NCBI RefSeq assembly: GCF_006345805.1
Contig: NC_043009.1
Coordinates: forward strand, 60,946,001-61,010,000
DNA length: 64,000 nt
Origin: Octopus sinensis
Taxonomy: Eukaryota
Reading direction: 5' to 3'
In this document: positions 1 through 13,701 of the stretch, piece after piece
How positions within the stretch are numbered: position 1 is the stretch's first letter
Layout of the letters: each line of letters starts with the position of its first letter
Made by a program: the position numbers and the translations under genes
The notes under the pieces: generated by a model
Told to the model about the DNA's origin: nothing
Seen by the model: only the letters and a program-made list of their open reading frames with translations
Database searches by the model: none

Positions 1-840
1 AAGCATTTTGCCCGGCGTGCTAACGTTTCTGCCAGTTCACCACCTTAATATCCCCACCACCATCATCATGAAACCGGGATAGCTGTAAGCTTCTATGATG
101 TTATCTTCACATCACAATACCCACCACTACCACTATGGAGATGAGATAACTCCAAATGTCTATACATCACTTTGAAGTCCATCGTCACCTCCAAGACTCC
201 CACTGACATTATTTTTAACCCTTTAGCATTTAAACCAGCCATACCAGGCAAAAATATTCTGTTTTATGCTATTAAAACTGACCAGATCCAGCCTTTCACA
301 CCTACCCTACAATGTCATGCTAGAAAAATACAAACACACCACTGAAATCTTGAAACTGCAACATAATGTATGATGAATTCAAAACAATGTGAATAACTAA
401 GAATTACATTTGACAGATTAATTTCAATGCCAAGGGGTTGAGCCAACCATACCAAATCCAATATTCTACCTGTTTTATGTTCAAACTGGCTAGATCCATC
501 CTATCACACTTACCCAACAATGCCACCCTAAATATAAATGATCATATCATCAAAATCTCAAAGCTACAAAATAATGCATGATTAATTCAAAATGATGTGA
601 ATAAACAAGCATACATTTGACAGAGTAATCTAAATGCTGAAGGATTAACAAGCTATAAGCCTCTATGTTCCTATTTACGCCACTGCAACCATGGTCCCAG
701 GGTTGTAGTACCCAGTTATAGGTCAAATAGCAGAAGATTGTCCTAAGGCTGGCCCCTAGACATGTATTACACAGACACCAAATGTGTGGGATTGCCCTGA
801 TGTCATATAAACCAGTCCTATGCCTAAGGTTTAGCCCTTG

Positions 841-1292
841 GCATCTGTACTAGTGGAGCGCTAAGGGTACCATACTAGCGTGATCGTTGCCAGAGCAACA
901 AGCTGGCCTCCGTGCCGATAGCACGTAGAAAGCACCATTCGAGCGTGATCGTGACCTGTGTCGCCTTACTGGCACTTGTTTTGGTGGCATGTGAAAAAAC
1001 ATTCAAGCGAGGTCGTTGCCAGTGCCACTGGACTGGCTCCTGTGCAGGTGGCACATAAAAAGCACCATTTGAGCATGGCCGCTGCCAGTACCGCCTGACT
1101 GGCCCTCGTACTGGTGGCACATAAAAGCACCCATACACTCTCAGAGTGGTCGGCATTAGGAAGGGCATCCAGCTGTAGAAACTCTGCCAGATCAAATTGG
1201 AGTCTGGTGCAGCCATCTGGTTTGCCAGACCTCAGTCAAATTGTCCAACCCATGCTAGCATGGAAAGCGGACGTTAAACAATGATGATAATG
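841..1292 (+). mobile_element. SINE/short retroposon family C with an RTE-like 3' end (GGCGTTAGGAAGGGCATCC...CCATGCTAGCATGGAAAGCGGACGTTAAA(CGA/TGA)n); many copies, e.g. 17980-18200, 26950-27130, 29845-30170 (-), 34700-35103, 43725-43988
   Basis: High-copy and variably 5'-truncated, with a (GAT)n tail. It accounts for the repeated [16 protein letters not shown] pseudo-ORFs. Confidence 0.9.
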
Positions 1293-2927
1293 ATCTAGAC
1301 ATGATATTTCACCCATTTTATGTTTAAATTGACCAGATCCAACCTCTCACACCTACCATACAACGTCATTCTAGAATGACCTACATCATCAAAATCTCAA
1401 AGCTATGAGACAATGCATGATTGATTCACAACAACATGAACAAATAAGCATTACATTTGACAGAGTGATCTCAATGTTAAAGGGTTGAGTAGGCCCTGTG
1501 CCTGAAAGGTAAACTCAGAAGAGCAGGAAACAAGCCGGGTGAACTATAAATAAGCTGGCAGAAAGCAATAGGAAACCATTGAAGTGTCTTTCCCAATAAA
1601 AATTATTTACATTTGATGTATATTTGTCCTCATCTTGTTTGTTGATCTTGTAAGAATTAGCACTTCCTTCTCAAAGCTTGGATTCGAAATCAGACCCAAG
1701 AATCATTGGTCGTAAAATACCAATGCACAAAAAGGCGCGAAATCAGAATCTCTTTGTTCTGACAAAAAATGATGGATCGTCTCCCTTCGACCTCTGACCC
1801 GAGCAGGTCAGGCGAAGTTTAACAGGACGACCAGCGACCTACTGTACGCAATAACACTCTTGCGGTATATCTATTTTTCTGGCTATTTGAGATGTTATAA
1901 ATAGAACGGAGAAATAGGTAACCAGAGAGAAGCCGAACCAACGTTTAAGAGAACGTCACGCATTTATGAGGACGACGAAAGAATATTCAGAAAGGTGACT
2001 CTGTACTGCATGATTTACACACACACACACACACACACCATCAAACATATTCTGCTTTAATGTGTATCCTGTATTATGCATTCCTTTAAAATGTATTATT
2101 TGCAACCACTATTTAATATGCATTTTGTACAAGCGATGTGTAACATTGCTTACAAATTGATGTAGTGATAATAAATCTTTAATTTATTACAAAGCACTTA
2201 TGTATTTATTAATACATCCACGCATCCACTACAATCTAATCAACTTGGTTCTTGCTCCAAAATTGCTGGCCTTGTGTCAAAATTTGAAATCAATATACAA
2301 ATCAATGAGCACAGCTTTTGCATTCAGTGATGACACTGTAATATATTTACGTATATTACCAGAGGATGGGGTCTGTCATGAGCTCTAGAACTCATAAGGC
2401 CAGAGATTAATTCAATTTCCATGGCATATAATTTGATTAAGGTTACAAACCCTCCAACCCACCCCGAATGAACTACTAGCCCATCTCAGGGTTAACTTCC
2501 CAGCTACTGCTGGAATTTACAGCTGGTTGAGTGAACTGGAGCATTGTGAAATGAAGAGTTTTGCTCAAGAACACAACACACTGCCTGATTTGGGAATTGA
2601 AACCGCAACCTTACACAATGACACTAACCACTAGGCCATGAGCCTTCACATTACCAAAGGTGGAGATTTGGTTAGCCATGCCTGTGGACATCTGGACATC
2701 ATGCAAAATTGTGGACATAAGCCAAGGTACCATAAAGTGTTGAAGTGGTAGCAAGCCAACAGAATCTTTAGCATGCCGGACATAAGGCTTAGCTGCATTT
2801 CATCTGTCCTTACGTTCTGAGTTCAAATTCTGCCAAGATCAACTTTGTCTTTCATCCTTTCAGGGCCAATTAAGTACCAGTTGAGCATTGGGGTTCATGT
2901 AATCAATTCCTGGGTAAGAGCAAAAAC

Positions 2928-2958
<31 letters not shown>

Positions 2959-2964
2959 CTGCAC

Positions 2965-3300
2965 CCCTCTGCCAAGCCATGTTGAGGCAGTGTGGCACAG
3001 TAGGCTCATCAAACCAGCATAATCTCTTGGTGGAGAGAACATGCTGAGGCCTTTGTCCTGCAGTGGAATGGACATCGACGACCCAATCCAATCCAATGTA
3101 AAGTAGGTGATTGATGGAATCAAGTCATGCACAGTGAAAATACTACTGCATTTGGCTGAGGTAACAGATGTTCTTAACTGCAGACAACAGATGTTCCAAA
3201 CTGTAGTCAACTGATTGCTGTTGTCCATTATGTCAAGGTTAAACATATCATGGAATATATTCTATTTTGTGAATCTATAAAAAATAACAACAAAATCAGA
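2965..3300 (+). mobile_element. Degenerate hAT (Buster/ZBED5-like) transposase fragment
   Basis: The frameshifted + translation TTDVPNCSQLIAVVHYVK...EYILFCESI resembles the DESTDVSNCSQLLVFVRY...EEFLFC block. Confidence 0.65.
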
Positions 3301-3999
3301 ATCCAAATTTAATTTGGGAAAAAGATTTGATTGAAAAATTTCAAAATCTCACAGAAAAGTCCTTTAAGTAATTCTTCCACTTGTGACTAAATATCTTTGA
3401 GAAGTAGTTTTTACTCCTATTTCATAAGACAAATTTAGAAACTGGCTGGACAATGATTATGACAAATGAATTAATCCCAGCACCAAAATAGCATACATCT
3501 CACAATTGATGAAGTAAAAGCTACAGCAGTATTCCATCCATCCATCTTCATTGTCCACCATTCCTGAGAGGTGATGAGGATAGTTTCCTCAGGCACCTCC
3601 TCCACAGGGCCTTGTTAGAAAAAAACTCTCCTAATACTTTCTGGCTGGATTCCCAAGCATGAACAACTAAGACTACGGATATTATCCAACCATCTCGCTT
3701 GTGGTCTACCCTAGGGTTTCCTACACTTGGATCAGCTTGGAATGATTCTTGCTGGTGACATGTAAAAAAGGCATCCAATACACTCTATGGAGTGGTTGGC
3801 ATTAGGAAAGGCATCCAGCCATAGAAACCAAGCCAAAACAGATTAAAGCCTGGAACATCTCTCTCAGGCTTATCCAGCTCCAGTCAAACCATATTTCCAG
3901 CTAGCATGGAAAAAGGACACTAAAATGATGATGATGATTATAATCCCATGTCCATAGAAGTGGAACTGTGACCTTTCAATGCAGAAATATATTGGCTCA

Positions 4000-4260
4000 A
4001 CCTTACTTACTTATACTTCTGTCGGCGTTCACCCAGGGCGTGTTGAGTCGGCTTCTTCTCTGGTCCTAACGGCATCACGAACCATGATGCCCCACGCTCG
4101 ATGGTCCTGTGCGAGGTCACTGGAAATAGCAAGCCATTCGCGGTTCCATCTGCACAGACCGACCACCCGCGGACCTGAGGGTTCAGGGAGGTCCTCCTTT
4201 ATCGTGAATTGGCTCAACCAGGTGAGACTCAAGAGACTCCCTTGCCTCTGAGCCACACAC
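4000..4260 (-). mobile_element. RTE-type LINE extreme 3' end
   Basis: DLAQDHRAWGIMVRDAV...EADSTRPG* is followed by a (TAAG)n-like tail. It forms a GC-rich island in AT-rich DNA. Confidence 0.6.
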
Positions 4261-6027
4261 TATGCTGAATAATTTTACAGCAGTACCAAATGGTTTCATT
4301 AGTAATACCTTGGTACTGACTTTTTAATTTTGAAAATTTTTAAATTTAAAATTTTGCTTTTGACATTTAAAAAAAAATATTTGATTTGTCAGTTTGACTT
4401 CTTAATTTTGATCTTTTTTAGTCTTTAGATCAAAAGGTGTGAGAATGATTCTAAAATCTCAAACAGGTGTGAATATCCAAAAAAGGTTAAGAACCTGCTG
4501 CTCCATATTCTCATGAAACACATCCCTGCCACCACGGGATGGAGGTGTAGGGTGGCTTATCTAGCATAAGTCTTTAAAATGGGAACCAGGAACTTTTTTT
4601 TCAAAAAGAGGGCCACATCAGACATGGCTCACCATCAGGCTGGCTGCACCACTAAAAAAAATTCAAAATAATCTTTCACTGATATGATATTCTAAAAGAC
4701 CTGGGGGTACCCCAAAACTGTAGTTTGCCCATGGCCATAACTTCACTCATTTTCCCCTCTCCCCCAAACAATACACCACCACATCTGACCCCGTGGGACC
4801 TATATAGCTAAAAGCTTCTATAACCCCCCCACCATCACAATCGCTGTCACTCTGGGGCCTAAATAACTGTAAGCCCCTGCCGCCGCCTATTTCACTGCTA
4901 ACAACAAGGACACAGTTGTTATTATTAAGGACAAAAAAATGAAAGATACACAGAAGAGAAAGAGAGAGAGAGAAAGACAAGAGGAGAAACGAAGAGGAAG
5001 GAATGGAAGATAGAAAGAGGTAGGGGGAGGAGGAGGAATATGAGAAAAATTGAAGTAATAGGACACAGGCATTTGTAGCAGAGGGAGGGAGTGTGTTAGA
5101 TAGAACAGCTTTAAACTGGAATGTCAAATATCTTATACTATGGTGGTGGTGGTAGTATAGCAGAGATTGTTTAGCCCCAGGTCAGCTATATCTACGATAG
5201 AGTGAGCCTGTGATCAAAAGCTTTCTAGCTGTGGCCATCCTGACATTTTACGTATATCGTCTACGACTACATTCTCCTATGTGTCATTCTCTTATTTCTA
5301 AAGAGGAAGTAAGGCGTGATTTGTAGGAAATGTGACTGCTATTTCTAGCAAGTCGAATGACCACGTATAGGCTCCTTGATATGGTAGTGCTTAGTAATGT
5401 AGTTTTATGGTATAGACCAGTGGTATGGTGTTGGTGCTAGTTGCATAGTGGTGCTACTATCAAGTAGTAGTAGTAGTAATTAACAGTGTAATAGTTTTGT
5501 AATATTATGCAGTGTAATAAGGATGATCAACTGGCAGAGTCGGTAGAGCATCTGAAAAATGTCTTACAGTATTTAGTTATGGCCCTTACATTCAGAGTTC
5601 CAATTAACCTAAGGTCAACTTTGCATTTCATCCAGGGGTTAATATAATCAACCATTTCCTTGCTTCACATTAGGAGCCTTGTACTTATATAAGAAATCAC
5701 TATTAGGTATATACACTTATTATCATCATCATCATCGTTTAATGGCTGTTCTCCAGCCTAGCATGGGTTGGACGGTTCGACTGGGGATCTGGGAAGTCAG
5801 AAGGCTGCGCCAGGCTCCAGTCTGATCTGGCAGTGTTTCTACAGCTGCCAGATCAGACTAGGCATAGGAGTGGCTGCGTAGTAAGTAGTTTGCTAATGAA
5901 CCACATGGTTCCAGGTTCAGTCCCACTGCGTGGAACATTGGGCAAGTGTCTTCTGCTATAGCCTCAGGCTGACCAAAGCCTTGAGTGGATTTGGTAGACA
6001 GAAACTGAAAGAAGCCCATTGTATATA

Positions 6028-6099
<72 letters not shown>

Positions 6100-8613
6100 T
6101 CCCCCCAACATCGCTTGACAAGCGATGCTGGTGTGTTTACGTCCCCCGTAACTTAGTGGTTCAGCAAAAGAGACTGATAGGATAAGTACTAGGCTTACAA
6201 AGAATAAGCCCTGGGGTCGATTTGCTTGACTAAAGGTGGTGCTCCAGCATGGCCACAGTCAAATGACTGAAACAAGTAAAAGAGTAAAAGAGTATATAAA
6301 GCGGTGAATTAGCAGAATCATTAATATGTGAGTAAAATGCTTAGCGACACGTATATGTTTTGAGTTCAAATTCCACCAGGGTCGACTTTGCTTTTCAGCA
6401 TTTTGGGGTCAATAAAATAAGTAGCAGTTGATCACTGGGGGTCGATGTAATCAACTTAACCCCTACCTCCGAAATTGCTAGCATTGTGCCAAAATTCGAA
6501 ACCAACATTAAATATATATCAGGGTGGTGAGCTGGCAGAATTGTTCCATCGTCACATTCTGAGTTCAAATTCCACCGAGGTCGACTTTACCTTTCGTCCT
6601 TTCAGGGTCAATAAAATAAGTACCAGTTGATCACAGGGGTCGATGTAATTGACTTAAACCCCTCCCCCGAAATTGCTGGCCTTGTGCTAAAATTTGAAAA
6701 CCAATATTATGTATATATATACTATCTTTTCTTTATTCTTTTATCATTTACTCATTTTAGTCATTAGACTGCGGCCATGCTGGGGCACAGCCTAAGAGAA
6801 TTTTTATTTGAATGAATTGAACCCAGTACTCATTATTTTTTTAGTCTGGTACTTATTTTATCAGTGACTTTTGCCAAACCGCTAAGTTACAGGGACATAA
6901 ACACACCAACACCGGTTGTCAAGCAATGGTGGGCACAAACAGCAATAAATAGCAATAAATATATACAATGGGCTTCTTTCAGTTTCCATCTTCCAAATCC
7001 TCTCACAAACTTTTGGTCAGCCCTAGGCTATAGTAGAAGACATTTGCCCAAGTTGCCACACAGTGGGACTGAACCTGGAACCATGTGATTGGAAAGCCCA
7101 GTGGTTGTGTCAAGTTGAAAAGTGGTGTATTAGTGTTGCAGTGTTAGGCTGAAGTGGTACAAGGATAGTGTGGTGGTGGCATGCAGCCCCAGGTTAGACC
7201 TAATGAAGACCATCACCAAAGATGTCCAGACCATCTATCAAGGATTACATTCTCTGACATGTCCTTCTTTGTTTGAAGATACGAGGACTTGATTTGAGAA
7301 GCATGGTTGCTATTTCTAGCAGGTTGAGCCACAAAATAATTGTGTTGATGTTACCCTCAGGTTGGTCCTGATTGAGTATACAAATTTAAAAATCAAAGAC
7401 ACTCCACCCACGACCACCTTCAAGTTTTCCTATGTGTATGAAACCCCGGAACACATTAACTGATGTATCTTTTTTTCTTTAAGATAGCATAATTTGATTT
7501 GAAGGAGATTTGGCTGCTATTTCTAGCAAGACAAGCAACCATGCAGAGACTCCCTCATTGGTTTTGTGTCATGTGGTATGGTTGGGATGTTTATAAATGA
7601 TGCATGTAATACATTGTGAACGGTATGGTGTGGCAACAAGTCTGCTTCCCAACCACATGGTTCTGGGTTCAGTCCCACTGCATGGCACCTTGGGCAAGTG
7701 TCTTCTACTATAGTCTCAGGCCAACCAAAGCCTTGTGAGTAGATTTGGTAGACAAAAACTGAAAAAAGCACATTGTATACATATTCGTGTGTGTGTCTGT
7801 GTTTGTCCCATAGAACCACTTGACAACTGGTGTTGGTGTGTTTACGTCCCTGTAACTTTTGGTGAAAGTAAGGGATAAAAAAAAATACCAAGCTCAAAAA
7901 CGAAATAAGTACTGGTGTTGATTCGATCAACTAAGAATTTTCAAGGTGGTGCCCCAGCATGGCCACAGTAACATGACAGAGGGCATGATATGGTATTATA
8001 CAATATGGTATCATGACTGCTATGTATAACGTGTTGTAGTACTGTGTAGTATCGGGTATAGCGTCTAGTGGTATGGTTTGTTACGGTATGTGATGTTGTG
8101 ATATAGAGTCATATGGCATTATAACTAACTGTGTAAAGGGCAGGGAGTTGGCAGAATTGTTAGAATGCCAGACAAAATGCTCAGTAGCATTTTGTCCCGA
8201 GTTCAAATTCCACTGAGGTCAACTTTGCCTTTCATCCTTTTGCGGGGGTTGGTGAAACAAGAACCAGTTAAGCACTGGGGGTCAATACAATCAACTACAC
8301 CCTCCCCCAAAATTTCAGGCCTCGTGCCCAAGGCAGAAAGGATTATAACTGCTGTGTATAATGTATGGTGATGCGGGTATGGTTTTAATATCATGTTGTA
8401 TTATGGAATGCTGGTGTGATATCATGAATACGTGATATGGCATGGTGCTGTGATAGTAGTATAAATGTATCATCGTACAGTGTGTTGTGTTGTCATATTC
8501 TATGTGTTATGGCTGCTGTGTAAGGCCTGTTGTATTATATATATACATGTATCATAAATGTATTATATATATATATATATATACAAGTACTACATCTATC
8601 TATCTATCTCTCC

Positions 8614-8664
<51 letters not shown>

Positions 8665-8679
8665 TATATATATATATGT

Positions 8680-8895
8680 GTATTACTCATAAAATACAGT
8701 GTACATTTAAACACATACGAGAAATCCACTCATGGGACTCCTCATGCTAGAAAGAACAGCTAGGTTCCAAAACCACAAAATTAGGGATAAAATCCCGAAA
8801 GGTTTCGGAACCTAGCTGCTCTTTCTAGCATGATGAATCCCCTGAGTGGATTCCTCTTATGTGTTTAAATGTACACTGTATTTTATGAGTAATAC
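8680..8895. repeat. Fold-back element of about 215 bp beside (TA)n
   Basis: GTATTACTCATAAAATACAGTGTACATTTAAACACATA... is mirrored at 8858-8895. The central loop contains the hairpin GGGAT/ATCCC. Confidence 0.9.
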
Positions 8896-9199
8896 ATAGT
8901 CTTTGGAGCAAAATTTTACACGCTGGGCCACTGGAAGTGAAAATTTCTATCAATTTCCATTTCCCTTCGATATGATGATGTATATAAATATATATATGTA
9001 TGTGTTATTATATGTATTACATATGCATTATATATATGTGTGTGTGTGTGTGCTGTTTATAGTGAGTTGTACGGTGATGAGTGCTGTGTGTGGCATATTG
9101 TAGAAGGATGAAGTGTCATAATGATTGCTGTGAATAAGAAGTGTGTCTCATGACTCTTGTTTGTAGCATGTTGCGGTTGGTTTGGTGTACTTCCTTCTG

Positions 9200-9227
9200 G
9201 GGTTGAATTTGATGTGTGTGTGTGTGT

Positions 9228-9266
<39 letters not shown>

Positions 9267-10072
9267 AATGTGTGTGTGTGAGTGAGAGAGTGTGCAATGT
9301 GTGTAGTTACGTGTCGGTATGTGTATACGTGTGTAGTTATGTGTATTTGTGAGTGCATGTGCGTGTAGGTACGTGTTCGTGTGTGTTTGCATATGTGTCG
9401 GTATGTATGTGTGTGTGTGTTTGTGTATGTGTGTGTGCGCATGTGCAATGTGTGTAGTTATATGTCAGCATGTGTGTAATTATGAGTGTTTGTGCAGGTA
9501 TGTGCTTGTATGCGTATGTGTGCAATGTGTAGGTATGTGTTTGTGTGTGTGTTTGCATGCATGTGTGTGTTTGTGCGTGCGTGTGTGTGTGTGTGTGTGC
9601 AATATGTGTATTAATGCATGTATTTATGTGTGAAAATTAGTGTGTTTCTACTCATTTGTATGCGTGTGTGTGTGTGTGTGTATGACATGAACTACTAACA
9701 CACACACACACACACACACAGAACTACAGTGGGAGGTGAGGAGGAGGGGTAAGAGTAGGAAACAATTTAATGCCAGATTGATGTACTGGTTGTAGTAGTG
9801 GTAGTGGTGCTGATGCAGGCAATGGTGCTAGTGGCAAAGGTTATTGTAGTGCTGGCGACAGAAGAGGTGGTTGTAGTGTAAGCAGCAACAGCAGTAGTAG
9901 TAGTAGTGCTGTTGATGTAGCCAGCAGCAGTGGTAGTAGTAATAGTAGTAGTTGAAATGTCGTAGGTGGTGATATATGTTGTAGTAGTAGTGGTAGTGGT
10001 GGTAGTAGTAACAGCCACAGTAGTAATAGTAGTAGTAGTGGTTGTGGTGGTGGTGATGGTAGTAGTAGTGGC

Positions 10073-10116
<44 letters not shown>

Positions 10117-10260
10117 TAGTTTAGTAGTAGCAGTGGTTGTAATAGTAAAGGAGATGGTGGTGGTGGTGATGATGGTGAACAGGGTGGTAGTGTTAGTGTT
10201 TCTAGTGCAGGTAGTGGTAGTGGTTGTGGTGTAGGATTAGGATACACTGCAATGGTAAGG
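9200..10260. repeat. Compound microsatellite field: degenerate (GT)n followed by (GTA/GTG)n
   Basis: Seen directly. It explains the His/Thr-, Cys/Val- and poly-Thr/Tyr ORFs. Confidence 0.95.
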
Positions 10261-11229
10261 CAGTACTTGGTGGACATGTGCAGTGGGGGGCGAAGGCGGT
10301 CTTATATAACGGAAGGGGAATGGAGAGACAGTGGGGGATGGGGGTGACAGTGGTGGGTAGGATGTAATTTAATAATAGTGGTGGGTGTTTGAGAGAGAGA
10401 GACAGAGAGAGAAAGGGAGAGAGAGAGAGACGAAGAGAAGGAAAAGTAAGAAGTAGTGAAAAAAATGTAGGCAAAAATGTTGCTATGACAATAAACCACA
10501 CACACACACACACACATGTATGTATGTATATACATGCATATATATATATAGGCACAGATGTAGATGAGTGGTAGAAAAAAAGTTTGCTTCCCAACCACAT
10601 AGTTCCAAGTTCAGGTCAACTTTGTGGTACCTTGGGTGTCTCCTATTATAGTCCCTGGGCCAAAAACACATTGTGAGAGTATTTGGTAGACAGAAACTGA
10701 AAGAAGCCCATTGTTTTTATATACATACATGCATACTTACATACATGCATACTTACATATATATATATATATATATATAAATCACGTGACCGACCAGACC
10801 ATCAGATGTTGCTACACATCGCTGGTCACAATGCGCTTCGCATTGTTTTAGCCTTCGAACGACGCCACCCCGCTGGCTAAGCGAGCAGGCCAACAGAAGA
10901 AAGAGTGAGAGAAAGTTGTGGTGAAAGAGTACAGTAGGGATCCCGGAACCCATGTCATGTCTTATGAAAGAACCCTTTTGCACTGAATAGTGACTGGTGA
11001 AGAGAAATGGGTTCTCTATAAAAAAAATGTCTTCTCTTCTCACGTGACCGCTGGCCGACTACTAGCCCTTTTGCGTTGGACCACGGTCACTGTCAAATCA
11101 ATATTTTCCTGTGCCATAAGGCTTAATTCTCAACACACCAGCTGAATTCAATTTGTCTCCAGTCGAAAGACATCTGTTGTTATGTCCTGTTATCATTATT
11201 ATTATTGTTTTTTTGTATAATGGAAGTGA

Positions 11230-11875
11230 CACAGGGGCATATTCAGCATATTTTGCTTTAGGAATTCAATAAAGGCAACAAAGCAATAGAAAGTGTGAGG
11301 AATATTAATGCAGTATATGGGGATTGAACAATAAGCTTAAGCCAGTGTGAATGGTGGTTCCAGAAATTCTGAGCTAGAAACTACAGCCTAGAAGACAAGC
11401 CTCATTGTGGAAGATCTGTAGAGCTCAACAAAAATGTCCTGCAAACCCTGGTGGAACTAAATCCCATTGTAACTGTGGAGGAACTAGTAGAGAAGCTTGA
11501 ATTTTGTCATTCAACCATTTGACACCTGCGTGCTATCGGATAAGTGAGCAAATTGGGTCAATGGGTTCCTCACAAACTTTCCAAATTTAATCGCACACAG
11601 AGAGTGAATGTGTGCTCTTCTTCACTGTCACATCTTACGAATGAACCCTTTTGGACTGAATAGTGACTGGTGCCGAGAAATGGGTTCTCTATAAAAAAAC
11701 ATCAAGCACTGAAGACAGTGGGTAGGGAAAGGAAAAACACTGGCACCCCAGGCTAAAAAAGGTCTTCACCTATGTAAAGTGTTGTTATCTGTTTGGTGAG
11801 ATATGAAAGGTTTAGTTCACTTTGAACTTTTAAACCCAAACCAAACAGTAACAAAGGAGATCTACTGTAAGCAAG
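11230..11875 (+). mobile_element. Degenerate mariner transposase
   Basis: Stop- and frameshift-riddled + translation with EFNKGNKA, WFQKF, SLEDKPHCGR, LGQWVPHKL, RIVTGAEKWVLY and VLLSVW. A second small piece lies at about 10955-11030. Confidence 0.85.
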
Positions 11876-12370
11876 GAGAAGAACAAGGGAGAAAAAAAGA
11901 AAGGGTCCTTTGAATAAGGTGAGGTGGGGAGTATTTGAGAGACAGGGACAGGTAGCTTTATGCCAGGTGTTAATGGAAGTTAAAATATGATAAAGGAACA
12001 AGTGTTCCTATGATAAAGTACAAGTGTCTTGCTATACATTTGGCAATTTTCCTTTTTTTTTTTTTTTCATAATAAATATGATTCTACTCAGTTCAGTTTG
12101 TGTTTGTTATTTTTATACATGAAAGAAGCTTATTCTAATAATATAAGAGTGCACATGCACTCACACACACAAGCATACAAAAGCACTTGACTAACTTCAT
12201 AAGTGCTTTGGCATGAAACTACAGCTCTTTGAGTCACTGATGTGGCTTCTTGGCTATAAATAAAAGAAGAAAAGGCTCAATGTATTATGTTTCATTTTCC
12301 CATTTGTACAAATTATCCTCTGTGTGTGTGTATGTATACACCTATATATCTATACACAAACACACACGTA

Positions 12371-12418
<48 letters not shown>

Positions 12419-12571
12419 ACCCTCAACTGGGGTCTGGGAAGCCCGAAGGCTGCACCAGGCCACCGCCAGATCTGACTGGCCTGGTGCAGCCTTCGGGCTT
12501 CCCAGACCCCAGTTGAACCGTCCAACCCATGCTAGCATGGAAGGCGGACGTTAAACGATGATGATGATATA

Positions 12572-12669
<98 letters not shown>

Positions 12670-13701
12670 GTATGTATGTATGTAGATACACACATGCAAA
12701 TATAAATATATATAAATATATAAAATACAGCCAAGCTGAAAAGAACATTTGTTTCCTAAGAGAAACCCCTCAACCAACTTCCCTTACCATCTCTACCTGC
12801 AACTAACAACACACACACACACAGACGAGTCCTAATTCCTGGCATCCTGACCTTGTGCCAAAATTAGAACTTACTCTTATCATTAGGAAGAGAGACTGAT
12901 GAATGGTTGAGCAACAGACAAAATAGTTGAATCGGTACAGCAGGGCTCTGAATGGATGAAGCTGGAAAAGTAGCAGACAAAATGGAGGAATCAGCCAGAA
13001 AGGGTAGAAAATTACACAACTGGTAGAACATGGTAGAAGCTACTCTGTGGAATTAGGTCACATGTGGCCCGTTTATGCTGTTAGTTCTGACAGGCACAAG
13101 CATGGCTGTGTGGTTAAGATGTTTGCATTACAGCCTCTGTAGTATGGGGTTCAGTCCCACTGTGTGGCACCTTGGTTAAAGTGTCTTTTACCATGACTCT
13201 GGGCCAACCAATGCCTTCATCATCATTGTTTAACGCCCGTTTTCCGTACTAGCATGGGATTGGACGGTTCGACTGGGGTCTAGAAAGCCAGGAGGCTGCA
13301 CCAGGCTCCAATCTGATCTGGCAAGGTTTCTACAGCTGGATGCCCTTCCTAATGCCAACTACTCTGTGAGTGTAGTGGGTGCTTCTTACGTGCCACTGGC
13401 ACAGGTGCCAGGCGAGGCTGGCAGCGGCCACGTTCGGTTGGTGCTTTTTATGTGCCCCCGGCATGGTAGACAGAAATTGTGTGGAAGCCCATTGTATATA
13501 AAACACGTGTGTGTGTATGTGTGCACGTGTCCCACACTACTGTTTGAAAACCAGTGTTGGTTTGTTTTATGTCCCTTGTAACTTAGTGATTCGGCAAATG
13601 AGTGCTGACAGAATAAATACTAGGCTTAAGTGTAATCACTTGAGTTGATTTGTTTGGCTAAACCCTTCAAAGAGTTGCTCCTGCATGGCCATAGTCCAAA
13701 T

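Noticed and set aside
1650-1995. GC-richer island with a possible 90-nt + exon (NGEIGNQREAEPTFKRTSRIYEDDERIFRK)
   Set aside because: It is isolated with no partner exons, and the minus strand looks at least as much like a decayed L1/Tx1-type LINE end; unresolved.
9057-10277. His/Thr-, Cys/Val-, poly-Thr and poly-Tyr ORFs resembling metallothionein, mucin or keratin-associated proteins
   Set aside because: They arise from (GT)n and (GTA)n simple repeats and have no splice signals or non-repetitive coding context.
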